DNA of 55,895 nucleotides from Chara braunii (lineage: Eukaryota > Plantae > Charophyceae). The stretch spans positions 2,882,167 through 2,938,061 of the forward strand of contig BFEA01000038.1 in the NCBI GenBank assembly GCA_003427395.1. The letters are read 5' to 3'. The translations under genes were made by a program, and so were the position numbers. This document shows positions 1 to 10,930 of this stretch, piece after piece. The number at the start of each line of letters is the position of its first letter. Position 1 is the first letter of the stretch. The notes under the pieces were generated by a model that was not told where the DNA came from, ran no database searches, and saw only the letters and a program-made list of their open reading frames with translations.

Positions 1-316
1 CATCAGCATTGCATATACAGACACAACTTCTCTTCTTTACACGAACAGGCACAATGGCTGCTCGTACAGACACACCTTATTCATGACCTACACAACTGCT
101 GGCGAACAGGTAAGTCTTTTGACAATGCCCTTTGCTTCAGGATGTGCCCGTTGGTAGAGAACTTGGACTTTTGACCTGCTTTTCACGTTTCTGAGCCCTG
201 GCGAGATACCCTTTCAGGCTGCTTTACTTTTACATGGCCCACGTTGCTTAGTTACAAGGCCTGAGGCCTACATTGGGTGAAAAAGGCTCTTTCACAATCA
301 ATGAACCAGTAATTAA

Positions 317-738
317 GGGCGTACTCACACTAGCTCTATCTTCGACCACCAGTGCACCCGGGCCTGGCGGCGCCGCTCTACACGCTAAGCTTTGCCCAAC
401 CGCCAGCGGCGCACCTTTTGTCTGCTTTGGCTGGCGCCGCCAGACATTGTGGTCGGGTAGCCCTGAGAGCCTCCGAAATTTTTGTATGAGACAAACTGCT
501 TTTTCTGCAAGGCTAGGTAGGGCTGTGAACTGACGGTTTAAATGTATCTGACCGCATTTACGGCCGGACCTGGATGTATCTGACGATTCTGACCACATTT
601 ACGGCCGCACCTGGATGTATCTGACCGCATTTAATGACGGACCTGGATGTATCTGACCGCATTTACGGCCGGACCTGGATGTATCTGACTGCAATTACGT
701 CCATAAATAAGGAAAAAAGTCCTAGTGTGAGTATGCCC
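317..738. mobile_element. PIF/Harbinger-type (Tourist-like) MITE
   Basis: TIR GGGCGTACTCACACTAG / CTAGTGTGAGTATGCCC; TAA on both sides (314-316, 739-741). Confidence 0.8.
538..700 (+). repeat. ~32-bp subterminal tandem repeat (TTTACGGCCGGACCTGGATGTATCTGACCGCA) inside the MITE
   Basis: 4-5 imperfect copies; a related unit recurs at 22678-22730 in the second MITE copy. Confidence 0.85.
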
Positions 739-1076
739 TAAGTGTCTACTCCTGTGCCATGCGAAGGTCATGCTGATGAAGTGCATTGATGAACGGTGCC
801 TCATTCTAGTAGCGACTCTAGAGAGTGCGTTTGGTGGCTTCCAGGCCAGTGTTGGAACCTGTTTGTGCAAATTGGGCTTTTGGGACAGCGGACACCTTTT
901 CCAGCCCCATGCTGCTCCCGACCAATAGTCGAGAGCCGCTTTTCTCTTTTTTTCAGAAAAATATAAGCACAGTAACACAATTGCCACACACACATGCAGC
1001 TGCTAAGAGACATATCCGAGTTTGCCGCATACAATAAGGTTAGAGCTAAGAAACTGCCCCCCTTTGTTCCAAACGA

Positions 1077-1120
<44 letters not shown>

Positions 1121-1146
1121 GAGGAAGGAGCACAGAAACAATAAAG

Positions 1147-1461
1147 ATGCTCATACGGGGAGGGGACCGGAGGGGAGGCACAGTGACTGGCCCATCAAAG
1201 AAGCTCGGTCCTGCTGCTACAGGCTGACCCCTGGCAGGTATTGCCCACCTTCTGTAGCAGGTATGACACCTGCTGGTCGGTGCAGCTCCCGCATGTTCCC
1301 TCGTTGGAGGCTTGAGCACAGATGTGGCTGCTACGGGGTTCCCCGTAATACTATAATCATAGTATAATGACAATAAAAAGGGCCTGAAAGGCCGTCCTGT
1401 CCAGATTCGACAGGTAATTGAATTGGTTGGGCTTAAATGAATTAAAAAAAAAAAAAAAAAA
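1147..1461 (+). mobile_element. 5'-truncated copy of SINE family 1
   Basis: Matches the 3' two-thirds of the SINE at 3473-3937; ends in poly(A). Confidence 0.85.
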
Positions 1462-1599
1462 AGAACGAAGGAAAGTAAGGCTTCTGCTCCACAGACTTGA
1501 GAAGTCGATTTTCATTAGCGGGCCTACCTTAGTTGGTACACCCATGAACTATTACAATACAAACCTGACTTCAAGTGCACGTGTTTTTTTTTTTTTTTT

Positions 1600-1633
<34 letters not shown>

Positions 1634-1864
1634 GTTGCAAGTGTTATCAACACAGAGTGAAGTAACTCCGGAAAAAAAAAAAACGAGTGAAGTAAACTAT
1701 GAATTTACCTGGGGACGGTCAGTCCAGGCCGTTGGCCCTTGAAAAGAAGAAAAAAGACGACATCCTCTCTTAGGCTTCTAGTCTTTTCAAGTTTTCAACT
1801 CTTTTGTCTGGGTTTTTTTTTTTTTTTTTTTTTTTTTTCCCTACAGGGGGGGGGCTCTGCCTGA

Positions 1865-2074
1865 ACCACCAGTACTTGGCCCCGATATTGGCCGTGGGCA
1901 TTTCACGTTAACGGGCCGCGACCTGCGAGCTTCGGGGTACCGGACCAGAAAATGGCCGGAAGCTCCAGCCAAAAGGCAAAAGGAAAACGAAGCGGCGCTC
2001 CCGCGGTTCGGCAAGACTTGGCGCGCAGGGGGCATCAAGGCACGGCATCGATAGCTGCACCATGTATTGGTGGT
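1865..2074. mobile_element. ACCAC-ended MITE (TTAA-flanked family)
   Basis: ACCACCAGTACTTGG ... CCATGTATTGGTGGT followed by TTAA; left flank is degenerate. Confidence 0.65.
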
Positions 2075-2290
2075 TTAAGGGCTGGAGGCCTACCGGCCCC
2101 TGAATCTTCCTCCTATGAACTATGCAATGTTGTTTTTCCTAGCCTCGGGCACCGGACCCATAATAAAGTTAAATAAACACATTTCCTGTATTAAAAAAAA
2201 AGAAAAAGCAAAGAAAAAAGGGAAGGTGATCCTCGAAGGAAATCGGTGCTACAGCCAAATGAGTTTTTCTCGGAAGTACTCGTGGTTTAA

Positions 2291-2481
2291 ACCACCACTC
2301 CATCCGGACCTGTTTTGGCAAACCAAAAGTTGCAGTTCCCCAAGCCAAAAATGTACAGTGCCACCCTAAGAAAAATAATTGTGGTACTCTTCCTCACCGG
2401 AGCCTGGGCACTGTAGATTTTGGCCCGGTACTTGTAGACAAGCAAAATGAAGAACAATGCGGGAGCAGTTGGAGTGGTGGT
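2291..2481. mobile_element. ACCAC-ended MITE (TTAA-flanked family)
   Basis: 12-bp TIR ACCACCACTCCA/TGGAGTGGTGGT; TTAA at 2287-2290 and 2482-2485. Confidence 0.75.
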
Positions 2482-2586
2482 TTAAGGACCCCTGTTATTC
2501 GTGTGAGTTGCCAGTTGAGCAGGAGGTTGTCTGCACAACCATTAGACAGCAGTGAGGGCATAGTCACTCTAGGGCTTTTCCAACTG

Positions 2587-2785
2587 TATCCAGCCTATGT
2601 GGCTGAATGGTAAAGCCGTATAACTGTTGATTTAAAAAACACAGCCCCGTGTTGGAACCCTGATGGACTTACTTGAATCGGATGATTAAAAAAAAAAAAA
2701 AAGGCAATTCTGAATTACCTGGGGCCAATCAGTTCGATGATCATACCTCAAGGCCGCCGCCCTTTCAAAGAAAAAAAAAAAAAAA
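2587..2785 (+). mobile_element. tRNA-derived SINE family 2
   Basis: A-box TGGCTGAATGG, degenerate B-box, internal A-run and poly(A) tail; related heads at 30184, 39815(-) and 40088. Confidence 0.65.
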
Positions 2786-2904
2786 GGTCATATTCAGGGC
2801 AACACGTCTTCATACGAGTATGCTTCGAGACTCCCTGCTGAATGATAGCATTCACTGCGAGAATTGGCGGGAGTCTGGAAGCATACTCGTACGAGGACTG
2901 TTTG

Positions 2905-3460
2905 CCCGCATCAGTGTGGTGTTGTGGGTGCTGTGTGTTGAGTTGGACACTACAGTCTTGCAGCCTTGCAGCCTTGCAGGGGTGGGGTGGATATCACGAC
3001 CGGTACGGTTCCACTTTTGGACACCGTGTCGTGGATGTAGTGGTTAAGAGACTAGGCTCTTGGGGGCAAGGTCGCCGGTTGGCATCCGTGCGTGTGGAGA
3101 GGAGGTCCTAGGCCCTGATGTACAGATCCATGACTACCGTGGATGCTCCCGTGATCTGGCGGGCTGTTCAAAAGCGTGCATAAGTGAGTGGGCGAGGTAC
3201 CAGTGGGGGTCGCGTGCTGATTGAGCGAATTGCGCGAGAATGAAGCCGCGTCCGTGTGGTGTTGTGTGTCGTTGTGTGTTGAGTTGGGCACTGCAGCCTT
3301 ACAGGGGTGGGGCGGATATCACGGCCAGTGTGGTTCCACTTTGGAATACCGTGTCCTGTCTGTAGTGGTTAAGAGACTTGGCTCTTGGGCCCAAGGTCGC
3401 CGGCACCAATCCGTGCGTGGGCGGAGGGGGTCCGAGGTCTTAATGTACAGATCCATGACT
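2905..3460 (+). repeat. Direct repeat of ~220-235 bp (2905-3140 and 3245-3460)
   Basis: Shared blocks such as GTGTTGAGTTGG, TGTAGTGGTTAAGAGACT and ATGTACAGATCCATGACTAC. Confidence 0.8.
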
Positions 3461-3472
3461 ACTTGCCATCAT

Positions 3473-3937
3473 TTTTATTATTTACAAAAGCTAATTCTTT
3501 AAGCCCAACCAATTCAATTACCTGTCAAATCTGGACAGGACGGCCCTTCAGGCCTTTTTTATTGTCATTATAGTAATACGGGGAACCCCGTAGCAGCCAC
3601 ATCCGTGCTCAAGCCTCCAACGAGGGAACATGCGGGAGCTGCACCCATGAGCAGGTGTGACGCCTGCTACAGCAGGTGGGCGATACCAGCTAGGGGTCAG
3701 CCGGCAGCATCAGGACCGAGCTTCTTCGATGGGCCAGTCGCCGTGCCTCCCCTCCGGTCCCCTCCCCCTATGAACATCAGCAGTCCCTGCTCAATGCAAC
3801 TCGGGGGGACCAACGACCTATCTCTTGGTGGCGAGCGCCAAGCTTGCCCAGGAAGGTACATGAGGCCAATGGGGATTGAACCCAAGACCTCCTGAATGCC
3901 ACTTGCGTGCCTTACCAACTGAGCTAGGCCGCTGGAT
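3473..3937 (-). mobile_element. Full-length tRNA-headed SINE (family 1)
   Basis: A-box TAGCTCAGTTGG, B-box GGTTCAATCC; 14-bp TSD CTACTTGCCATCAT at 3459-3472 and 3938-3951. Confidence 0.9.
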
Positions 3938-4235
3938 CTACTTGCCATCATAACAACTCCTGTGTCACTGAAGAAAAGGGAAAAAAAAAAAGGAAAACAA
4001 GAAGTCTGAAAAGGGAAAAAAGAAAAGAAAAAAGCATGGTCATCTCTGCATTCCAGACTGTGAATGAGATATTCCAAAAATCTCAAGCGAATGGAAAATT
4101 TCAAAAATGACTACTAAGAAGAAGAAGAAGAAAAGACAAATTTTCCTTATGTTATGACTACTTTACATGCAATAGCATCAGAGCTTCAGAAGCCTTTTTT
4201 TTTTTTTTTTTTTTTTTTTTCTGACTTCACTGCAC

Positions 4236-4948
4236 CTGACTTCTCTTCCGTTTTGTTGTTTCAAGCTCAAACCGGCCATACAAAATCCCTTTCAACCCTG
4301 CCGCTTCAGCATAATCCTGTTCAAAGTCTGCTTGATCAGACGGCTCATCTTCCTCCCCTGACAGCTCGTCTCCTGGTTCACTGAACTCGGCTGGACCCTC
4401 GCCATCATTTTCCGTCACCTCCATCGCATCATCTGCCATTTCTGAATCTTCTGCGATCTGACGATCTCTGCTATCTGTTGTATGTGCAGTTGGCTGCGGG
4501 TCAGCTGCTGTTGCTACTGCAGCTGCTACAGCGACTTCTGCCTGCTGAGTTGCAAGGGCATCTTGCCCACTTGACCCTTTGTCAAAGCTCTTTCTGGAGT
4601 CCAGTACGGCCGTCGGAGGCGAAGTGGGATTGCTCGGCGGCGTCCTCGTACTGTCCTCCTTGCCCTCATCATGTGCACCAATAACTCCATCCGTCGGCTT
4701 ATCCGAATCGACATTTTCTGCCACTATCTTGCCCTGCGAAGGCCGTTTAGTAGCCTGGCTCCTGTGTCTCTTGAAACCAATCTGACCCCTTAACGCCACT
4801 GGCTTTGGTCTGCTGATTGCGTCCAGCTCAGCAAGTTCAATCAGCCGTAAATTTTTGGCGATCTGCACACACCTATCTTGCTTGCCCGTTTGCTTCAGAG
4901 GGAAATTGCATGTGGAAGCATTATTCGCAAGAGCAAACACGGCAGTGC
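4236..4948 (-). CDS. CFAP43: CFAP43/WDR96-like exon (6th in window), phase 1 to 0
   Basis: tctgcAG|GC ... CAG|GTgcag; encodes GTAVFAL..NFPLK..LRLIELAE..ILYGRFELETTKRKRSQ, which resembles the CFAP43 coiled-coil region; 713 nt = 2 + 237 codons. Confidence 0.8.
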
Positions 4949-5107
4949 CTGCAGACATGGCGTACATATTGTCACATGTCTATCAAGTAGTATCAACCAG
5001 TGCTGCAAACTCGGTAGGACCGGGGGGCCCTCCCCCAACCGGAACCGGACCGGTCCTACCGGCCGGTCGACCGGGCCAGTTCCCCCCCGGTTGGCTGTAG
5101 CGCATCA

Positions 5108-5144
<37 letters not shown>

Positions 5145-5164
5145 TATTATTATTATTATTAATA

Positions 5165-5207
<43 letters not shown>

Positions 5208-5232
5208 ATTAATATTAATATTATTATTATTA

Positions 5233-5271
<39 letters not shown>

Positions 5272-5281
5272 TATTATTATT
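5108..5281. repeat. (ATT)n microsatellite
   Basis: Direct observation. Confidence 0.95.
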
Positions 5282-5407
5282 TTTAAGCCCAGGGTGTTGT
5301 AGAGGCCAAGGACTAGCCCCACGGTGATCACTGGCAACGGCAGCTGGTGGTTGTCCTGACAGGAAAGGCCACCTTCCCTACCCTTCCCCACGTTAATGCT
5401 CCCAGCG

Positions 5408-5674
5408 TCGGATTCCACGATAAAACAGTTCTGTTTCCAGAAAGATTTGTCCGTCCGTAATGGAGATTACATTGGTAGGAATATAAGCAGATACATATCC
5501 AGCTTGTGTTTCGATAACAGGTAAAGCAGTCAGACTATCTGCACCAGCTTGGTCTGACATTTTGACAGCTCTTTCTAAAAAACGAGAATGTAGAGAAAAC
5601 ACATCTCCTGGGAAAGCCTCTCGACCTGGTGCTCGTCATAACAATAATGACATTTGTCGATATGCCACTGATTG
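5408..5674 (-). pseudogene. atp1: Mitochondrial ATP synthase alpha-subunit fragment (NUMT)
   Basis: [67 protein letters not shown]; EAFPGD and [10 protein letters not shown] are mitochondrial-type; one in-frame stop. Confidence 0.92.
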
Positions 5675-6987
5675 TATACCTCAGTGTGACCAGCGCTCAG
5701 GACCATCACCCTACCAGTATCGAGGGCATCTTGGACCAGACAGCAGTGACAAGCACCCCCTAACACTATCACCCCCACCCCCCTTTTCAAAGTTTTTGGG
5801 TGGTACCGTCCCTACCCTGCCACTAACATCCCCAGCCCCCTTTTCAAAGTTTTTGGGCGGAAGGTTAATGTTTGCAGAAAGCCAGGTACATTGTTGTCAA
5901 TGTCTGCTGAAGCCCGTGCTTGCTGAAACCCCACCACTAACACACTCACCATAACCCCCCCAATCCCTGACTCCCAACCCCTGAAATACCCCTCCCCCCC
6001 TTCACCCCCCCAAACAACACTTCTCTATTCAAAGTTTTTTTTGCGGATTCGGGGAGATCTTGGCGAGCGCAGTCCAACCATGTTTTCAAAAAATAAAATA
6101 AAATAAAATAATTAAAATTTGACACACTTTTGATGCGGAACCGCGGAATGCGCCGAAGGGGGAGCGTGCAACGCTGCGCTAACGCACTGCCGCCGAAACG
6201 CTCGAGACGGGCGGAACCCGATCGCAAGCGCCCGTGTCAACGCCATCGCAGGTGAGAACGTGGGGCGACGCGAGTGCACGCCAATACGCCCGCGGCAAAG
6301 TGGAGCCGAGCAGGCCGAGCCATTTGGGGGAGTAGGGGAACGGGAGTTGCACCATCGCGGGGGAACTGAAGCCGAATGGAAAGGAAGGCAAGAGCAAGAC
6401 AAGCCATTACCAGAGGAGCAAAGGGAGAAGAGGGGGAAGAAGGGTTGGAAGAAGATTGGCAAGGGAAACGAGGAACGAACGCGAGATAAACCAGAGCATG
6501 GCAGCCGAGAAACGAGCTCGGAAATAGAGGCAACGAAAGTGGAAGATCAGTGAGAGGGGACAACGAAGTGGTAGGGAGGGAAGCAAGACACTACGGGCGT
6601 AACAAGACAACAAAAAAGGTAACAGGGAGGAAGGTAGAGTTAGGGTAGTTAAAGTGCAGAGAGGTAGACGAGAGAGGTTAAATTGCCTCCTCTTTAGGAC
6701 GCAGCCGTACTTTCGGTTTGGTGGGGTGACCTAACGCAAGGGGGGAACGAAATCGGGAGCAGGCATTAGAGTCAAAGTCAAGAAGGGTTTGGCGGAGCGT
6801 CGGGAGGGACGAGAAGAAAACTAAGGAAACAAGTAAAAAACGTAAAACGAAAAATATTAAAAATTAACGCAAAACAAGGGGAGGGGACGAGTAGGGAAGA
6901 TAAGAGTGGGGGAGAAAGAAGCAGATAACAACACGAGGAACAGGTGAGAGGGAGGAAGGGGACCATTCAAAAGAAGGTAGGTCAACC

Positions 6988-9871
6988 ATGGCCGCGTCAT
7001 ACTCCATGGCTGCACAGAGGGCCATGAGCGAGAAGGAGAAAAACGATTTTAGTCGAGGCCAAGTAAGTCAGTCTTCACAAGATACATCACAAGCAACAGC
7101 ATCAGGAGGAGCAGCGGCATTCAAACCATAGGCGTTGGGACAGAGAGCAATGGAATTCCTACTGGAAAAAACGCAAATATCAGCACAAATCAAAGTGACA
7201 AAGGAAACCATAAAAGGGGAAGCCGGGAATATGGAGGAAGTTCATGTGTGGGAATATCCGGAACAGGACATTCCTTCCTTCAACGAACTCTACGAAAGGC
7301 ACGCAGTCCTATTCAATTTCTCCGGCAAAAACCGAGAGCTCTCACTAAGGGCGTTGGAGAATGTAAAAGGGCAAGAGCCTGAGGTCTCCTATCATAAGAG
7401 GGGCAAATTCACGGTGATGATTCTATGTGTTGACCCAAGTTAAGCGCAGTACCTGTTATCCCTGGGCTCACTAAAGTGCAGAGGGGCAGTGGTGACAATC
7501 CAAGCATGGAAACCACTGCGGCCCCCACAGGCCGAAGCATCAAGACATCGCCAAACAATGACGAGGAATCACTTCTGGGTACAGTTTGACAATTTGTCAG
7601 AAGGAATGCACAACTTTGTTCAGAGAAGGCTATCTGACGAATACCCAAACAATCCTGTTATTGACTGGCTCCCAGCCAATCCAGATTTCCTTGCACCCAA
7701 CCACGACTCACGTGTGGCCTGTCTGGAGGTCAAGTCGGGAGCACAGCCAGAATTCCCGGAACAATGACTCTTCCGGAAGAATGAGCAAAGACTCACGATC
7801 TTCGTTTCCACCAAGACAAACCCCCACTGTTTCAAATGTAGGGGAAGAGGCCACTTGGGACCGCAGTGCCCACAGACGAGCGTCGGCAGCAAGCAAGCAC
7901 CGCTGCGACAGTCGATGCTGGCCGAACGCGACAACAAGCCAAGTGTATAGTACATCAATTCGGCGCAGTACAGGGGATGGATCTTCAACGACAACGTGCA
8001 TATGGGTACTAAAAGGTACCCCTAATGTTAAGCCAGATATATACCCGCCTTTTGACAGCGGGTGGAGGCAGACAGGAACCAAAAGAACTGGAAGAAAAAG
8101 GCACAGGGTTCCTCACGAAGCTAGTGCTTGATGAGACAGCGATGCAGGATGACCAACAGAGACTGCGCACTATGGAAGAACTGCACCAGGTAGGAAAAAC
8201 GGTGGAACAGGCTTTCCTAGAGAATCTGAGAGCCCGGGATCAGCGGCAGAACGGGCAGAACGGGCAGCAGAGTACAAAAGAAAAATCGGAACGGCTCCAA
8301 GGGCAACAGGAACAACAAGGGGAAAACATGGACTGTGAAGAGGAAGGTGAGAAGACCAACTCCAGCTCCAGTTCAGGCACCTCCCTGAAAAGGAAAGCGC
8401 AAGCCAGAGGCTCAGAGGAGATAGAACAACAAAAACAGCAGGGCAAGAGAACGCAGTCAGAGGCCAGAACTCAGTCAAGCGAAAGGAGCCAATCATCTGA
8501 ATCAATCTCATTAGGTACTCAACAAGGACTGGGACCGGAGCAGCAATCGAAAGCTGAATTGAGCAAAATAGAGGGCGAATCAATGGAAAGTACACAGAAA
8601 CAGTCTCAAGAGGCAGTTCGAAAAGAGGGGGAAATAGCAAGCACATCATGTGATCTCACGGGCCAATGACCGAGGAGGAGATAAGGGAGGCAGAGGAAGA
8701 TCAGAGCGATCTCCCAATGGAGGTGGCCTCTTCAGATGAATCAGCAGACGATGGCCGCGAGAAGAGGAGGGAGAGGAGGAGGGAGGAGGGAGAGGAGGAG
8801 GAGGGTGAGGACACGGTGGAACAATTGGTCCAATTTGTTGAGCAGCTGGAATGGGGAAGGAAAATAGAATGTGAAGTGCATTTGGCCCACCACAAACACT
8901 TGCACAATTTGCAGCAGGCCACACAAGCAGCAGGGAACTTCATATCTGAAAACCGCTATGAGTTACTGAAAAGGGAGGAAGAGCTAAACGAGTTCTTTGC
9001 TGCACAATATGCACGGAAGTCCCAGCCCAACAAAAATGAAATCAACATGCAGGAGGAGTATAATAAATGCTTTCAATGGCCAAAGTCCTACCTCCACAGG
9101 GACAGCAAACGCAGCAACAAAAAACGCAAATTACGGACAAAGGCTGACCAGGGCAGCAGGGTGGATCAAACTCAAGACTCACAGGATTAGAGGATGGGGA
9201 CAGAGAAGTTGATAGAGGAAGCCGAGGAGAGCGCCAAGGAAGATCTGCAGAGACAAGCCGCTATTCTGGAAGCCCAAGTCAATATCCTGAAGGACCAGAA
9301 CCGTGAATTTGAGGAGGCAACGATCAACCTGCAAAAAATAGCACAGGGTCAGCAAAGAGAAATCGAAGCAGCGGCGAGACTGGACGGGAAGAATGGGGCG
9401 AAGCAAAGAGTAGTCCTCCCGTGTCGCTGGAACGAGAAGCACTCCATCTGGGAGGTTGCAATCCATCACTCGCTCCAGCTCATCAGCATGAAGGTGAGTG
9501 CCTGCACGAAGAAAGACTTCCGGAACTTGATAGCCGAGAATCTACCCACCAGGGTGCACGTCCTGGGAAGTATGGAATCCGCAGCAGAAGGTGGGGACTC
9601 CGGGAGTGGGAACTTGGCAGTGGATATCAGGTCGATACTGCTGGTCCTGCAAGAAGCGGTAGTATTGAAGGGCGACCTGGTCTGGATGCCGTGGCAGGTC
9701 GTAGAGACCATACCATACGGCCTACTGGGAGGGGAGGTAACAACGGAATGGGTAGCCAAAAGCACGGCCATCGCAGTAAAAATGGAAGCCTTTGCATGGA
9801 AGACGGAGTTCTTGGAAAGCAAGATTGAGCCGGTCTCCACAAGGATAGACTTGGCGTCACTCGGTTCCTGA
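6988..9871 (+). pseudogene. LINE-A ORF1 region plus extra conserved coding region
   Basis: CFKCRGRGHLGPQC (CX2CX4HX4C) at 7828-7869; VWEYP..ELYERHAVLFNF matches LINE-B ORF1; stops and frameshifts present. Confidence 0.8.
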
Positions 9872-9918
9872 ATCCTTAAACCAATGTTGAAGGCTCCTAA
9901 AACCAGGATCTAGCGACT

Positions 9919-10790
9919 ATGGAGAACCAAAGGGAGGGGGGACAAACGAAGAGGAAAAGGGGGGAGCTCGCAAGCGTGAAACGGCCAGAGTTAAAAATCA
10001 TGTCATGGAACGTCAATGAACTAGCAGGGGTCTTAGATAATCAAGACAAGTGGAGTAACATAATGAAATCCACAGCATGGTACGACAGGGACCCACCGGA
10101 TTTCATCTGCCTACAAGAAACGCATCTTACGGAATAACGGGAACACCAGCAGACGCATAACAAATTGGTTCAGAAGCTGCGATGGGTCAAGATGGCCCAG
10201 TGGGCACCAGCAAGCAGATCACACTCGGCGGGAGTTTCAATCCTACAGAACAACAGAGCAACGGCAACAGAAAAGATAGTGGTAGGGGACACCGAAGTGG
10301 ATAGAGAGGAGGGGAGATGGGTACAAGTTGATTTTGTTTTCCATGACGAACCATACACACTGTTGGCAGTCTACTGCCCTAACGAGTTCCAACAAAGAAT
10401 GCAGATGGTGGACAACTTACATACACTGTTGGATCCCGCTAGGCACCTCATCTTAGTAGGCGACTGGAATGCCACTTTAGATCCTAATCTTGACAGGGTG
10501 TCAGGGGGCAATAGGCAAGGGGAAGGTTTGGCAGGAGAGGAGGCCCTACCAATTCACAACATGATGGCAGGTAGTGATCTAATAGACCCATTCAGATTAC
10601 TTTTTCCAGGGGAGAAGCAGTTCACTTATTATAAAAGGAACCGTAGTTAGCACGTCTCGGCGTTACGCATTGACTATTTCCTAATCTCACTCGAGGCAAT
10701 TGGTATGATTCATACAGTGCGAATAGGGGATCTACCTTACACGACGGGTCTCGATCATAAGCCCATCTTCCTGCACTTAATCACAGAAGG
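9919..10790 (+). pseudogene. LINE-A ORF2 APE endonuclease
   Basis: IMSWNV, CLQETH, VYCPN, VGDWNATLD, RIDYFLIS and DHKPI motifs; two internal stops. Confidence 0.9.
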
Positions 10791-10930
10791 AAATCTTCCC
10801 AGCGAGAGTCAGAGAACCTCGCACAAGGGAGGAGGTCCTGCGCCAGCCCTTATTCTGCAATCCAAGAATCAAGAATGCGCAGGGGAAACCATTTACCCTT
10901 ACAATACGGGACACGAAGTGGGGCAAATGA

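Noticed and set aside
1700-2760. U1 snRNA-derived module (TTACCTGG..)
   Set aside because: Only about 8 nt match the U1 5' end; no U1 stem-loop motifs or Sm site are evident
4862-4865. Alternative acceptor (tgtgcag|ATC) for the last CFAP43 exon
   Set aside because: Phase 0 is incompatible with the upstream phase-1 donor, and it would drop the NFPLK motif
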